Shown one piece after another: positions 12,158 through 24,139 of a stretch of 64,000 nucleotides of DNA (position 1 is its first letter; every line of letters starts with the position of its first letter). The notes below the pieces were generated by a model. The model worked only from the letters and a program-made list of their open reading frames with translations. It ran no database searches and was not told the DNA's origin. Source of the stretch: Mustelus asterias (taxonomy: Eukaryota). The position numbers and the translations under genes were made by a program. The stretch is taken from the NCBI RefSeq assembly GCF_964213995.1, contig NC_135809.1, positions 47,120,001-47,184,000 on the forward strand. The letters run 5' to 3'.

Positions 12158-15100
12158 ATATCTCTTTAACAGGTCTTTCAGTTCAGTTCTCTGTTCTTGG
12201 GACAGATGACTTAATACCTGATTCCAGTTTTCAAGGGCTTCTGCATTGTCCAATTTGTTTTGAGACGCATCAAAATCCACATCCTCGGGATTTGATGGCT
12301 CACTCTGAGGGTACGTAACTAATACCAGTTTCTCCGGTTCCCTCTTCCTGTCATAATATTGCTTGAGTGTGTTCACATAACACACATTAAGAATCTTTTT
12401 TCTATCTGGCACTTTCACCAGATAATTTACCTCATTTAATTTTTTTCTAATTTTATAGGGACCACTAAATCTCGCTTTAAAAGGATCTCTTAAATTTTAT
12501 GAGAGCACCAATACTTTATCCTCAGGGAAAAATATCCAAATTGTAGATTTCTTATCAGCTTCTTGCTTCATTAGGTGCTGTGTCACCTTCAAATGCTGTT
12601 TAGCTAATTCACCTACCCTACTTAATCTTTTGGAATTAAACGCCTCTGTTTGATCCTTTACCTGCTCAGGTTTTTCTTTTACCACTTCATCAAACATAGT
12701 GTCAACTAACTGAACCTCACCTCCTTCATCTTTCCTTTGTGCTCTCCTGCTTTGACTCATGGCTGTGGGATTTTATCATCACACATCTGACACATTTCTA
12801 GGGCATTTTTCTTTTAATTCCTCTTTCCCTGGTTTCTTTCTGACTTTTCTACTACTGTGGGCATCACTCCCACTTGTGATCCAGCTATATCGTTTCCCAG
12901 AATAAATTGTATTTCTGAAACAGCCAGGTTTTCTATCACTCCCATTATTAATTCCTCTGACTGGATTGGACTTTCTAGTCTTACTTTATACAGGGGAACA
13001 CTCCTCCTCCCTCCATTTGTTCCACAGATTACCCTTCTTTCGGCCAGTATTTCAGAAGGAGTGCAAATATTTTCATCTCTTACCAATAGAGACATACTAG
13101 CTCCCGTATCTCTCAATATTTTCACTTCTTTACCTACTTCCCCTGTTCTACCTGAGTAAATCTTACCCACACAGGTAAAGTCTTTGGAAAGATCGGGATC
13201 TACTTTATCATCCAGCCTGTGCCTCGGCTATGCACTCTCCTTCATCTCCTCAACTTCTTTCGAGATTTCTTTTACTACTTTAACTAGTTGAGCTCTTTTA
13301 TCACATCCTTTTCCTCAGTGCCTTTCTTAAGCCACCAACACTGTGCCTTTATATGTCCCATCTTATGGCAGTTAAAACACCTGAGGTCTTTCACTTCTTT
13401 TCCACCCTCTGGGGTGTCTTTTTTCACAGGCGGTAAATTGGTTCCAGTGTTATCTACCTTTGGATTTTCATGGAAGGATCTCCCCTTCCCCCAATCTCTA
13501 TCCTTCATGGCATAAGATTGCTGTCGGAAGCCAAATTTTAATTTATGCACAAATGCAAATTAATCCGCCATTTCTGCAGCTCTTCTCGCAAACTGAACCC
13601 TCTGCTCCTCAATATGAGTTCTTATCATGTCTGGAAATGAGTTTTTGAACTCCTCCAACGGAATTATATTTCTAAGGGCCTCATATGTCTTTTCCAGCTT
13701 TAATGCTCTCATCCATCTATCGAAATTGTTCTGTTTCACTCTCTCAAATTTGATATAGGTCTGACCTGGTTCCTTTCGTACATTCCTGAACCTCTGTCTA
13801 TATGTTTCTGGTACCAACTTGTAAGCACGCAAAACAGCCTTCTTTACTTCTTCATATTTTCCTGACAACTTCTCTGACAACGCTGCAAACACCTCAGTAA
13901 CCCTGCCTATCATCCTCACCTTAGTGAACCTGGAATCAATGGGTATCAGGCGACAAGCTCTCTGCTGGTTGGAGTCACATCTGGTACATAGGAAGATGGT
14001 TGTGGTTGTGAAGGGTCAGTCATCTCAGCTCCGGGACATCTCTGCAGGAGTCCCTCAGGGTAGTGTCCTAGACCCAACCATCTTCAGCTGCTTCATCAAT
14101 GACCTTCCCTCCATCATAAGGTCAGAAGTGGGGATGTTCGCCGATATTGCACAATATTCAGCACCATTTGCGACTCTGCGATACTGAAGCAGCACATGTT
14201 CAAATGCAACAAGATCTGGACAATATCCAGGCTTGGGCTGACAAGTGGCAAGTAACATTTGCGCCACACAAATGCCAGGCAATGACCATCACTAAGAAGA
14301 GACACTCTAACCAACGCTCCTTGACATTCAATGGTGTAACCGTCACTGAATCCCCCACTGTCAACATCCTTCGAGTTACCATTGACCAGAAACTCAACTG
14401 GACTCACCACATAAACACAGTAGCTACAAGAACAGGTCAGAGGCTAGGAATATTGCGACGAGTAACCCACCTCCTGACTCCCCAAAGCCTATCCACCATC
14501 TACAAGGCAGAAGAATGTGGGAGGAATCTCCAGTTTCCTCCCACATTCTGAAAGACGTGCTGGTTAGGTGCATTGACCTGAACAGGTGTTGAACTGTGGC
14601 GACTAGGGGAATTTCACAGTAACTTCATTGCAGTGTTAATGTAAGCCTTACTTGTGACTAATAAATAAACTTAACTTTAAAAAGTCAGGAGTGTGATGGA
14701 ATACTTCCCACTTGTCTGGATGGGTGCAGCTCCAGCAACACTCAAGAAGCTTAACACCATTCAGGACAAAGCAGCCCGCTTGATTGACACCACATCTACA
14801 AACATTCCATCCCTTGAGCACCGACGCTCAGTAGCAGCCTTGTGTACTATCTACAACATACACTGCAGCAATTCACCAAAGATCCTTAGACAGCACCTTC
14901 CCAACCCATGACTACTTCCACCTAGAAAGACAAGGGCAGCGGATATATGGGAGCACCGCCACCTGCAGGTTCCCCTCCAAGCCACTCACCATCCTGACTT
15001 GGAAATATATCGCCGTTCCTTCACAGTCACTGGGTCAAAATCCTGGAATTCCCTCCCTAATGGCATTGTGAGTCAATCCACAGAATATGGACTGCAGCGA

Positions 15101-15860
15101 TTCAAGAAGGCAGCTCACTACCACCTTCTCAAGGGCAACTAGGGATGGGCAATAAATGCTGGCCAGCCAACGACGCCCATGTCCATGAATGAATTTTTAA
15201 AAATTACCCACACATCCTCTAGCCACTTCATCGTAGCCAATTTCTCAAAGAATATGAAAAATGCTTTTCCGTCCTTCCCATCAAATTTTGGTATTATTTG
15301 GACATATTTGTATCTATCCTTACCAGGCGGTTGGCTATGCTGTGTCTGCTCATTATCACTTCAATCTGATACTCTTTCTCCTGCCATTTGAAGTATTTTT
15401 TCTTCCATTTCCAACTTTTTCTTTTCTAACTCAAACAACCTCTCTCTTTTTCCCTTCTCTCTCCTTTTTCCTTTCTTGTACTAGGGCCTTCCTCTCCCTT
15501 TCATTTTCTTCTGCTAGGGCCTTCTCTTTTTCCTTTTCTCCCTCTCTCTTTTTCCCTTTCTTCTGCTATGGCCTTCCTCTCTCTTTCTTTTTCTTCTCTC
15601 TCTTTTGCCCTTTCTTCTCTCTCCTTTGCCCTTTCTTCTGCCTCCAATCGTCTCATTTGCAATTTAATTCTTTCTAACTCTACTGTGTTTGACTGTTTCT
15701 CTGCTATTCCTAAATGCTTGACTAACTCCTTTACAAGTTCAGCTTTCTTACTATCCCTGGTTAAACCCAATTCCATTCTGTCTGCCAATTCCACAAGTGT
15801 CACCTTTCTCTGTTTTTCTAAAGTTTCTTGGCAAATTTCTAACAGGTCTTTATTTTTAAA
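12158..15860 (-). mobile_element. Internally deleted Gmr1-type Gypsy internal fragment (gag, protease, integrase C-terminus)
   Basis: Coiled-coil gag N-terminus (15501-15803), YKLVPETYRQRFR, zinc knuckle CFNCHKMGHIKAQC, protease ILRDTGAS...ILGND. Homologous to 39863-46255. Confidence 0.88.
13921..15200 (+). mobile_element. CR1-clade LINE 3' portion, containing a SINE fragment at ~14508-14680
   Basis: GVPQGSVLDP, MFAD, WADKWQVTFAPHKC; tail CACCTTCTCAAGGGCAACTAGGGATGGGCAATAAATG. Confidence 0.85.
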
Positions 15861-16505
15861 CTGGTGACAACCTTATTAAAACAATTAACAAACTAAATCA
15901 AAGCCCAATAGAATGCTGTTCAAATATTACAAGACTCCTTCAGGAATAATGAAATAAATCATTACAGAATTCAGTCACTCTCAATCAGGCATCTTTTTGG
16001 AAGGATGAACCTTCTTCAGTGATATTCTCGTCTGGAATACTTTCTGAGTTGGTCTCTCTATTTAGATGGTAATTTTATGATGACGTATATGAAACTGTAG
16101 GATTTACATGAAAGCCTCGCCTACCCCCCTTTCAATTTAAGAGATGGCAAGCATACACTGACAGCTACCTGCTCTTGTCTTCCTGCAATCTGACTGGCTT
16201 GAGGATGTCAACAACCCTCACATTTGAATTCCATTGGTTCTGTGTCTCTGCATGCTTGCTTTAAATTCACTGATCCAATTCAAAAGCCTGTTTTGGTTAG
16301 GTTGGAACACTGACTGCTAAGCTTTGGTACAATGTTGTGAAAACCTGCTTCTGCAATTTAAAATCCATGCACCTGTTCTTTTTAAAGAGACAGTTCTATA
16401 TGATTTCTCCTTTTTGTTTCAGCATTTCTTTTCACTATTTACTTTTGTCAAACATCACATTTTACATATGCAACTTCACAACATAAGAGAATGAGGACAA
16501 TGGTG

Positions 16506-17935
16506 TGTTGGTGGAGTAACCGAGGTGGCCGGTAGTGAGGCCGCAGCTGGAATACTGTGTGCAGTATTGGTCCCCTTATTTGCGGAAGGATATATTGGCC
16601 TTGAAGGGAGTGCAGAGAAGGTTCACCAGGTTGATACCAGAGATGAGGGGTGTTGATTATGAGGAGAGACTGAGCAGATTGGGTTTGTATTCGTTGGAAT
16701 TTAGAAGGCTGAGGGGGGATCTTATAGAGACCTATAAGATAATGAAGGGGCTGGATAGGGTAGAGATGGAGAGATTCTTTCCACTTAGAAAGGAAACTAG
16801 AACTAGAGGGCACAGCCTCAAAATAAAGGGGGGTCAGTTTAGGACAGAGTTGAGGAGGAACTTCTTCTCTCAGAGGGTGGTGAATCTCTGGAATTCTCTG
16901 CCTACTGAAGTGGTGGAGGCTACCTCGCTGAATATGTTTAAATCACAGATAGATGGATTCCTGATTGGTAAGGGAATTAGGGGTTATAGGGATCAGGCGG
17001 GTAAGTGGAACTGATCCACTTCAGATCAGCCATGATCTTACTGAATGGCGGGGCAGGCTCGAGGGGCTAGATGGCCTACTCCTGCTCCTATTTCTTATGT
17101 TCTTATGTTCTTACTGCCCAAAGTTTAGACAATACAAGACTCATGAGGCAGGTATCTCTGTATAAAGACCTAACTTTATTTAAAGCAGCAGCAGCTGCCA
17201 GGAGACCATCAAAGGGTCAGATGTATACAATTCAAAATAGATCAATTATAGGTTTTTTTAATCAATCATTCCTTCCTTTCAGTATCTTTAAATCAATCAT
17301 CTTCAATATACATAAATCAACAATAATACCTGTCAAATACTTTAGCCAATCACATTCCACTCCACAGCATAATAGTACTTTATTAGTCCGTGAAATCCGG
17401 AAGCTAATTCCTGTCTTGTCTGCCTAGTAGGCTAAGATGCCCTGCCCAGAGTTCAAATAAACATTCTCATGGGTTCCCTTAAAGTTTACTGTCTAACCAG
17501 GCTAACTTGTGACACGATGTCTGGGCACCAATTCATCTTGTCCGGATAGTGAATAAATTCTATCCATGAAATATGATTAAGTGCTCTAAACATTCTTTCC
17601 AGCTGAAATTTTAACTGATAAATCTTGCATATTTCCAAGGTTCAATTATTCTCTTGAAATATGGCTTCACCCTGATGCCTAGCAGTAAATTGCTTTTGGC
17701 TAAAGCGAACAATATTACTTAAAATAATAATAATACATTCAAAATATCAGCATATATGTTTTACAATCATAATCATTCGTTTGAATCAATTATTGCATCT
17801 CATATGTGTAAATTGCTTCTTGTTAGTTCATAAACTTATTTTAAAAGTAATTTAACTGAATGCTGCTAGTTCTGTCAGTGCCTTAATGTCTAATGGTTTA
17901 AAATTTTTACCAACCATTTAGGTGTTCCACTTACA
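16506..17935 (-). repeat. ERV 3' LTR (CR1 inserted at ~16533-17112)
   Basis: Minus strand begins TGTAAG right after the PPT; AATAAA at ~17175; probable end ...CAACA at 16506. Homologous copy at 41516-42222. Confidence 0.75.
16533..17112 (+). mobile_element. CR1 LINE 3' fragment
   Basis: ORF 16535-17014 RPQLEYCVQYW...; (TTCTTATG)n tail. Confidence 0.92.
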
Positions 17936-17999
17936 ATTCCCTCCTTCTGGCCATTGGCTAGCCCAATACTAGGCCAGTAAATGAAATGTATCTAATGTT

Positions 18000-18158
18000 C
18001 TAAAAAGTGCTTGGCTCCTTGAGCCCTTTCTTCTTTACCTTGATTATCATTACTAATACTGCATTAAAATCATAATAGCCATTAATGCTAAAAATCACAA
18101 GGAAAAGTAATATCTCCTGTATGTCATCAGATAGATGTCTGACAGTACATAATCTCAT
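18000..18158 (-). CDS. Putative 52-aa hydrophobic post-env ERV accessory ORF
   Basis: ATG overlaps the restored env stop (ATGA); MRLCTVRHLSDDIQEILLFLVIFSINGYYDFNAVLVMIIKVKKKGLKEPSTF. Confidence 0.35.
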   Translation of the reverse strand: MRLCTVRHLSDDIQEILLFLVIFSINGYYDFNAVLVMIIKVKKKGLKEPSTF

Positions 18159-18841
18159 ATGCTGGAGGAGTTTTTTGGGAATAAAGACATCTCTTTGTCC
18201 ACCTGGATTGATGGTGGAACATGCTAACAAGAAGCAATTTATACATATGAGATACAGTAATTGATTCAAACGAGTGATTATGATTGTAAAACACATATGT
18301 TGATATTTTTAATGTATTATTATTGATTTTAAGTAATATTGTTCGCATTAGCCAAAAGCAATTTACTGCTAGGCATCAGGGTGAAGCCATATTTCGAGAG
18401 AATAATTGAACCTTGGAAATATGCAAGATTTATCAGTTAAAGTTTCAGCTGGAAAGAATGTTTAGAGCACTTAATCATATTTCATGGATAGAATTTATTC
18501 ACTATCCGGACAAGATGGACTGATGCTGCACCCGCTATGGATTTTGCTGCCAAAGAACAACAGCATTTAAACATTTGTACAATTACAATGAACGTTAAGA
18601 TAACAATGAAGAAGAACACTATCCCTTGCATTATGTTTGATCCTCGAGAACTCATCCAGCCAGTTGCCCAGTTCCACAAAGAAAAGGATGTTGGTTTTTT
18701 AAGCTTCTTGACCTCCTTTCGAATGTATATGACCAAATTGGTTATGGTTCTCTGAACTGTCAGGTATGTATGTGCAACACTTTGATCCAATCAAAGCACA
18801 TGTTCCACCCTTAGCAGCTAAGATGACGCCTAATGCTAACC

Positions 18842-19260
18842 GATGGCCTAGTGGTATTATCGCTTGACTATTAATCCAGAAACTCAGCTAATGTTCTGGG
18901 GACCCGGGTTCGAATCCCACCACAGCAGATGGTGGAATTTGAATATAATAATAAAAATCTGGAATTAAGAATCTACTGATGACCATGAATCCATTGTCAA
19001 TTGTCAGAAAAACTCATCTGGTTCACTAAAGTCCTTTAGAGAAGGAAATCTGCCTTCCTTACCTTGTCTGGCCTACATGTGACTCCAGAGCCACGGCAAT
19101 GTGGTTGACTTTCAACTGCTCTCTGAAATGGCCTAGCAAGCCAGTTGTTCATGCAGGCAGCCCACCACCTTCTCAAGGGCAACTAGGGATGGGCAATAAA
19201 TGCTGGCCCAGCCAGTGATGCCCATGTCCCACGAATGAATTTAAAAATAATTGAATTAAA
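18842..19260 (+). mobile_element. tRNA-derived SINE with CR1-clade tail
   Basis: A box TGGCCTAGTGG, B box GGTTCGAATCC; tail matches the LINE end at ~15110-15200. Second copy at 37510-37846 (-). Confidence 0.8.
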
Positions 19261-19269
19261 AGAATGACC

Positions 19270-19687
19270 AGTGAGGGAGAAGGGGGTCCGCTGCCACTCT
19301 GCCTGTGATCGGTGGGGAGGGGCCCGCAATCAGTCTGGATGGTGGAGGGGGTGGGGTATAAAGGGATCAGTAATGTTGGGGGTTTGGGGCAATGTCTGTG
19401 GGGAACAGGTGGAGGCATTATCCGGCCCAGAAGCGATGTGGCAGGGGAGCCGCATTCTATCTTTTTTTTCCTGCCATGCGCAGTTGGAGGCGCCAATTGG
19501 AGCTGCAGGATTTTGGGTGTGTTAAGTCCCACCCACAGGCTTGTGCAGCGCCATTTGGAATCACTGATATTTTTACAGGCAGAGTGTGCATGGTGGGTGC
19601 CTGAGAAATGGTCTAAAAGTCAGATCTGAAACACTCCCAGTTTCAAGTCCGCCCAGCATTTAGAATCAAAATGGTAAAATAGGGCCC
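19270..19687 (-). mobile_element. Harbinger-type MITE copy 2 (truncated)
   Basis: Reverse complement of the MITE left arm, ending GGTAAAATAGGGCCC. Confidence 0.8.
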
Positions 19688-20355
19688 ACAATATCCCTTT
19701 TGGTTTCGATTCTGCTTCATTCAAAATAAGGCTGGGTGCTGGAGTGGATGTGTTAAAAACAGGTGAATTCCTATTCATGTGACCTGGCCTACCTGTACAA
19801 GATCTATTTCTATAAAGCTCTACTCTATCACAATCTCTAGGAAGACCCAAAGCTACTGCCTTATGATCTCTAAAAGGCTGAGTAAGCTGATTCCATACAA
19901 TTAAATCTGACCGTGATAGAGGCACTGGATGGAGAGGTATCCCTCCCTCCACATGTATAGGAACATATTGGCTGTTCTAGCATAATTGTATGCCATATAC
20001 AGATAAGTATTATAGTATGCAGTTCCGGATGGACTGTCTGTGTTAAACATAATAAATTCAACATCAAGAGAACAGAAAAAGTTTGCAATCATTTTGATAA
20101 TTATCAACTGATGATCTCAATATTATCTTTTATATCTCCCAGCTGATGGTCAATATTAAAGAAGATAAAAATTAATTTACAGAACCGCGCCACCATTATG
20201 CCACCTTAAATTTCAAGTCTTGGCCTTGACAATCCGTCTTGGGATTTGATTGTTGATTTTTATGTTCTGTTGACTGCAGTTCTCCAGATAGCTTCATACA
20301 AATTCTGTAAACACAAACAAAGTGCCCTGAGGCACTTGAGTTAGTATTACATTAA

Positions 20356-20550
20356 CTAAATCATTTCTCTTTCTTCAACTCTAATATTACCCTGATTTCC
20401 CAGTGCCATAATCTGGCCTAATCTAATAACTCGTCTGCAAAACCAAATTAACCCTATTATCAGTAGTGTGGCTACAAAAGCCATAATGATCCTCTGTTCT
20501 ACAAGATTATCCACCCTCTGGGACAATTTCGTTATTGCTGGAGTGCTCAT
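20356..20550 (-). CDS. Putative 64-aa single-pass membrane accessory ORF between pol and env
   Basis: MSTPAITKLSQRVDNLVEQR-IIMAFVATLLIIGLIWFC-RRVIR...; overlaps the pol stop (20507) in another frame. Confidence 0.5.
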   Translation of the reverse strand: MSTPAITKLSQRVDNLVEQRIIMAFVATLLIIGLIWFCRRVIRLGQIMALGNQGNIRVEEREMI

Positions 20551-23500
20551 TAGGGTATGGTTGCAGGTGTGTCCGGTGTCACCATTGCGGACTGTACTTC
20601 TCATCAGTTAGGGCGCATGTTAGTCCAGTGACAAATACACTAAAAGACCCTTCCCATTGGACCCCTAACCCTTTATCTGTCAAGAGTTTCACCATTACCT
20701 TATCCCCTGGTTTAGGTCATGTAGGAGTGTTTTCCTCTGCCAATTTTATTCAATCTCTATGCTGCTGTTGAAGGATCACTTGCCTTTTGAGAGAATGTAA
20801 ACAGTCTACTAAATCTCTCATACACTGAAACACTAATTCTCTGCCAACTTCAAGTTCTCCTCCCCTGTTATTACATCTTCCGGGAGGTGCATTGTCCTAC
20901 CAATCATCAGTTCAAAAGGAGTTCATCCTGTTCCTCGGGATGGAGTGGCTCTCTCTCGCAATAATATTGCAGGCAAAGCCTGTAATCAATTGTTTCCTTC
21001 TTCTAAAATGGCTTTGGCTAAACTATTCTTCAATGTTCAGTTCATTTGTTCTACCATTCCTAAGCTCTGTGGATAATATGGTATGTGAAAGCTTTGTTTT
21101 ATCCCCAACATTCGACAAACTTCTCTTAAAACACTTCTTGTTAAATGAATTCCCTGGTCTGAGTCGAACTGAAGAGGCATTCTCTACCTCGGTATTATCT
21201 CATTCGCCAATATCAAAGCTACAATTTTGGCTGTGGCATTTTTACATGGGAAAGCTTCAACCCATCAAGTAAACTGATCAATAATGACGAAACAATAGGC
21301 CTCCCCTTTTATCCTAGGTAGTGGTCCTGTGAAATCCATCTGCAGATATTCTCATGGTCCTTTGGGTCTCGGCTGGTTCCCCATTTTAACCTTGCAATGA
21401 CGACTCGTTCTACCGGGGCACACTGCAAACATCTTTGACAGAATTTCACTACAATTTCCCCCATTCCTTTGCAGCACCAACAATTTCCAATTAAATTGAC
21501 CATCTTACCTCTGCATGTGTGGGCTCATCCATGGTCCACTTTTAACAAAGTTTGCTGTACTGCTTCTGATGCTATTATTTTCCCTTTTCTCCTCCATATG
21601 CCATCTTGACCTTTTTGCCCCACTCGTTTTTCCCACTTCTTCTTCTCTTCCTCTGACACTTTTAATTGTACTTGCCTCACATCAATGTCTGTATTATCAC
21701 TAACTTGTAATGTTGGCACACCTGCTGTTTGTGTTCCCTTCGAAATTTGTTCTAGCAAATCTTTTGCTGCCCTGTCGGCTTGACTGTTTCCAATCTGGGC
21801 TTGACTCTTAATTTTCTTATGTGCCTGTACTTTGATTACAGTTGTTTCTAAAGGACTACGGGCTGCTTGGATTAGATCTCTAATCAAATTTTTATGGAAT
21901 ACATGTCCACCGCTTGAGGTAATGAAACCTCGTCTGTTCCAAGCTATTGTATGGCCATGAATTACCCCAAAAGCATACTGACTATCTGTATAGATGCTAA
22001 CTCATTTTCCTGTACCCCATTCTGAAGCTTTAGTTAAAGCTAACAACTCTGCTATTTGTGCCGAATTACTTCCTGGGATTTGTTCTCCTGCAATCACTGT
22101 TCCTTCGTCATCTACCACTGGCCATGCGGTGTGGGGTTCTCCATTAACATATTTTCTAGCCCCATCTACATATAGGTTAATCACCCCATCACCTTTGAGT
22201 GGTTCTTCTGCTAAACCTTCACTTCCTCCCTCATTCACTTCAGCTACACATTCATATTCTGTTCCTTATATTGTCAATCCTCCTGCAGGATTTTTCTTTA
22301 CATCCCTGCTGATTTCTACATGTCTATCTCCTGGTAAGAAATTTGCTTTCCATTTTGAATGTCTTCCATCAGAAACTCCTTTTAATCTCCCTGCTTCTAA
22401 AAGTTGGACAATTGTGTGTGGACTGTGGAGACATATTTTTCCATTCAAGGCGAATGGCACTGAAACGCTTACTGCCCATGAGGCACAGGCTAGTGCTCTC
22501 ACACACCGATGCATACCTCTAGTAACTGAATCTGGTTGGGTTGAGTAGAAGCCCAGTGGTCTTCAGCTGTCTCCATGTTTTTGGGTTACCACTATGGCTT
22601 GCATTCCATAATTTTCCTGACAAAAAATGTGAAATGGTTTCGCGAGGTCTGATAATCCTAATGCAGGTGCTTTTACCATAGCTTGCTTTAAATTGGGAAA
22701 AGCCTGTGCTTCTTTCTCTCCCCATTCTATTCTTTCACTGCTAGTCCTTCCTCCTTTAATCAAATCCTGTAAAGGTTTTGCAAACACTGGATAATCTTCC
22801 ACAAAATGCCTGCAATAGTTAAAAAGCTCTAACACTTGTCTTACTTGTTCTACGGTAAGTGGTCTTTGCATGTTTAGCATAGCTTTCTTTCGATCTTCTG
22901 GAATCCCTTTATTATCTTGGGATATAACATGTCCTAGGTATGTCACCTGTTCCTGTCCCAACTAAGCTTTGCTAGGATTTAGCTTGAGACCTATTTCCTG
23001 AATTGCTTGAATCACTCTGTGTACGGCTTAGCAATGTGTTATTGAACTGTCTGATACTATCAAAATGTTGTCCACATATTGCAAAATGGTGGTTTGTGCA
23101 CATTCTAAGGGTTCTATTATCTGTGCCATGTATTTTTGAAAAATCGATGGAGTGTTATGAAATCCTTGTGGCAGACAGGTTCAAGTGTACTGCTGATTCC
23201 TAACTCTCAATGCAAACTTATACTGGTATTCCTCAGCTACAGGAATTGACCAAAATCCATTAGCTATGTCTAGTACTGTAAATATCGTCTGCTCTATTTA
23301 ATTGCGTTCAAGATGCAAGCAGGATTCGCCACAATGGGATGCTCTCGAGTCACGTAGTGATTCAGTGCTGTATAATCGATATTAATCGATAACTGCCATC
23401 TGGCTTCCTTATTGGTCAAGCAGGTGAATTAGTCTCAGAAGAGATTTTGGTTACTACCTGCAATGATGCTTTTAACTGCCTCCATTGCTTCTGGTTTGAG

Positions 23501-23690
23501 AGGATATTGCCTATGTGGAGGATGAACTTTCCCACGAATTGTTATTGGAGGGACATATAAATTTCCACAATCTTGTTTGTGTTCAGTCCAAACCTGGGGA
23601 TATTGTGCAGTCAAATTTCTCCATATTATTTCACTTTCCTAATTTTGTCGGAGTATTGCTACTTTAGATAAGGAGCAGCTATTCCTCTAA
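20507..23690 (-). pseudogene. pol: ERV pol (RT, tether, RNase H, integrase), many stops and frameshifts
   Basis: ORF fragments 22563-22961, 22002-22238, 21525-21887, 21309-21503 plus manually read RT motifs. Confidence 0.9.
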
Positions 23691-23691
23691 A

Positions 23692-24072
23692 TTGAAGGGT
23701 CAGTCACAAGGGAACATAGGTTCAAGGTGAGGGGCAGAGGTTTGGGGGGATGTAAGGAAAAACGTTTTTACCCAGAGAGTGGTGACGGTCTGGAATGTAC
23801 TGCCTGGGAGGGTGGTGGAGGCGGATTGCCTCACATCCTTTAAAAAGTATCTGGATGAGCACTTGACACATCATAACATTGAGGGCTATGGGCCAAGAGC
23901 TGGCAGATGGGTTCAGGTGTTCAGGAGTTCAGGTGACCAATGGAGGAGAATCTGAGAAGAATTGAAGAGGAACTGACTTCACTTGAGGGGAAGATATTGA
24001 TGTGTCGGTGAGGACTCAATGAGCCAAAGCCTCTTCTGTGCTTTATAATTCTGTGATTCTATCTATGATTCT
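23692..24072 (+). mobile_element. CR1 3' fragment
   Basis: TREHRFKVRG...FTQRVV..WN; (ATTCTATG)-like tail. Confidence 0.8.
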
Positions 24073-24139
24073 ATGAACAGCTTTGGTGGGCAGTCTATTC
24101 TCTTCAGTAACTTAAATAAACTGCCTCACTCTCCTTTCT

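Larger units (their letters stand above)
18155..20196 (-). pseudogene. env: ERV env (gamma-type TM), disrupted
   Basis: RLALGVILAAKGGTCALIGSKCCTYIPD at ~18760-18841 (ISD + CX6CC), TM GIVFFFIVILTFIVIV, signal-like N-terminus from ATG 20196. Interrupted by a SINE, a MITE and an inverted LTR piece. Confidence 0.88.
16506..23690 (-). mobile_element. 5'-truncated endogenous retrovirus (pol-env-3'LTR), snakehead-retrovirus-like RT
   Basis: RT TVLDIANGFWSIP...LPQGFHNTPSIF...LQYVDN, RNase H LYVDGA...SAQIAELLAL, integrase HHCC and LQMDFTGP, env ISD/CX6CC, PPT AGAAGGAGGGAAT, then LTR. Confidence 0.9.

Noticed and set aside
18842-18920. tRNA gene
   Set aside because: The A and B boxes belong to a SINE head that continues into a SINE body and LINE tail.
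16506-23690. Foamy virus or lokiretrovirus assignment
   Set aside because: The RT motif is reminiscent of these, but env has a gamma-type ISD/CX6CC; a phylogeny is needed.
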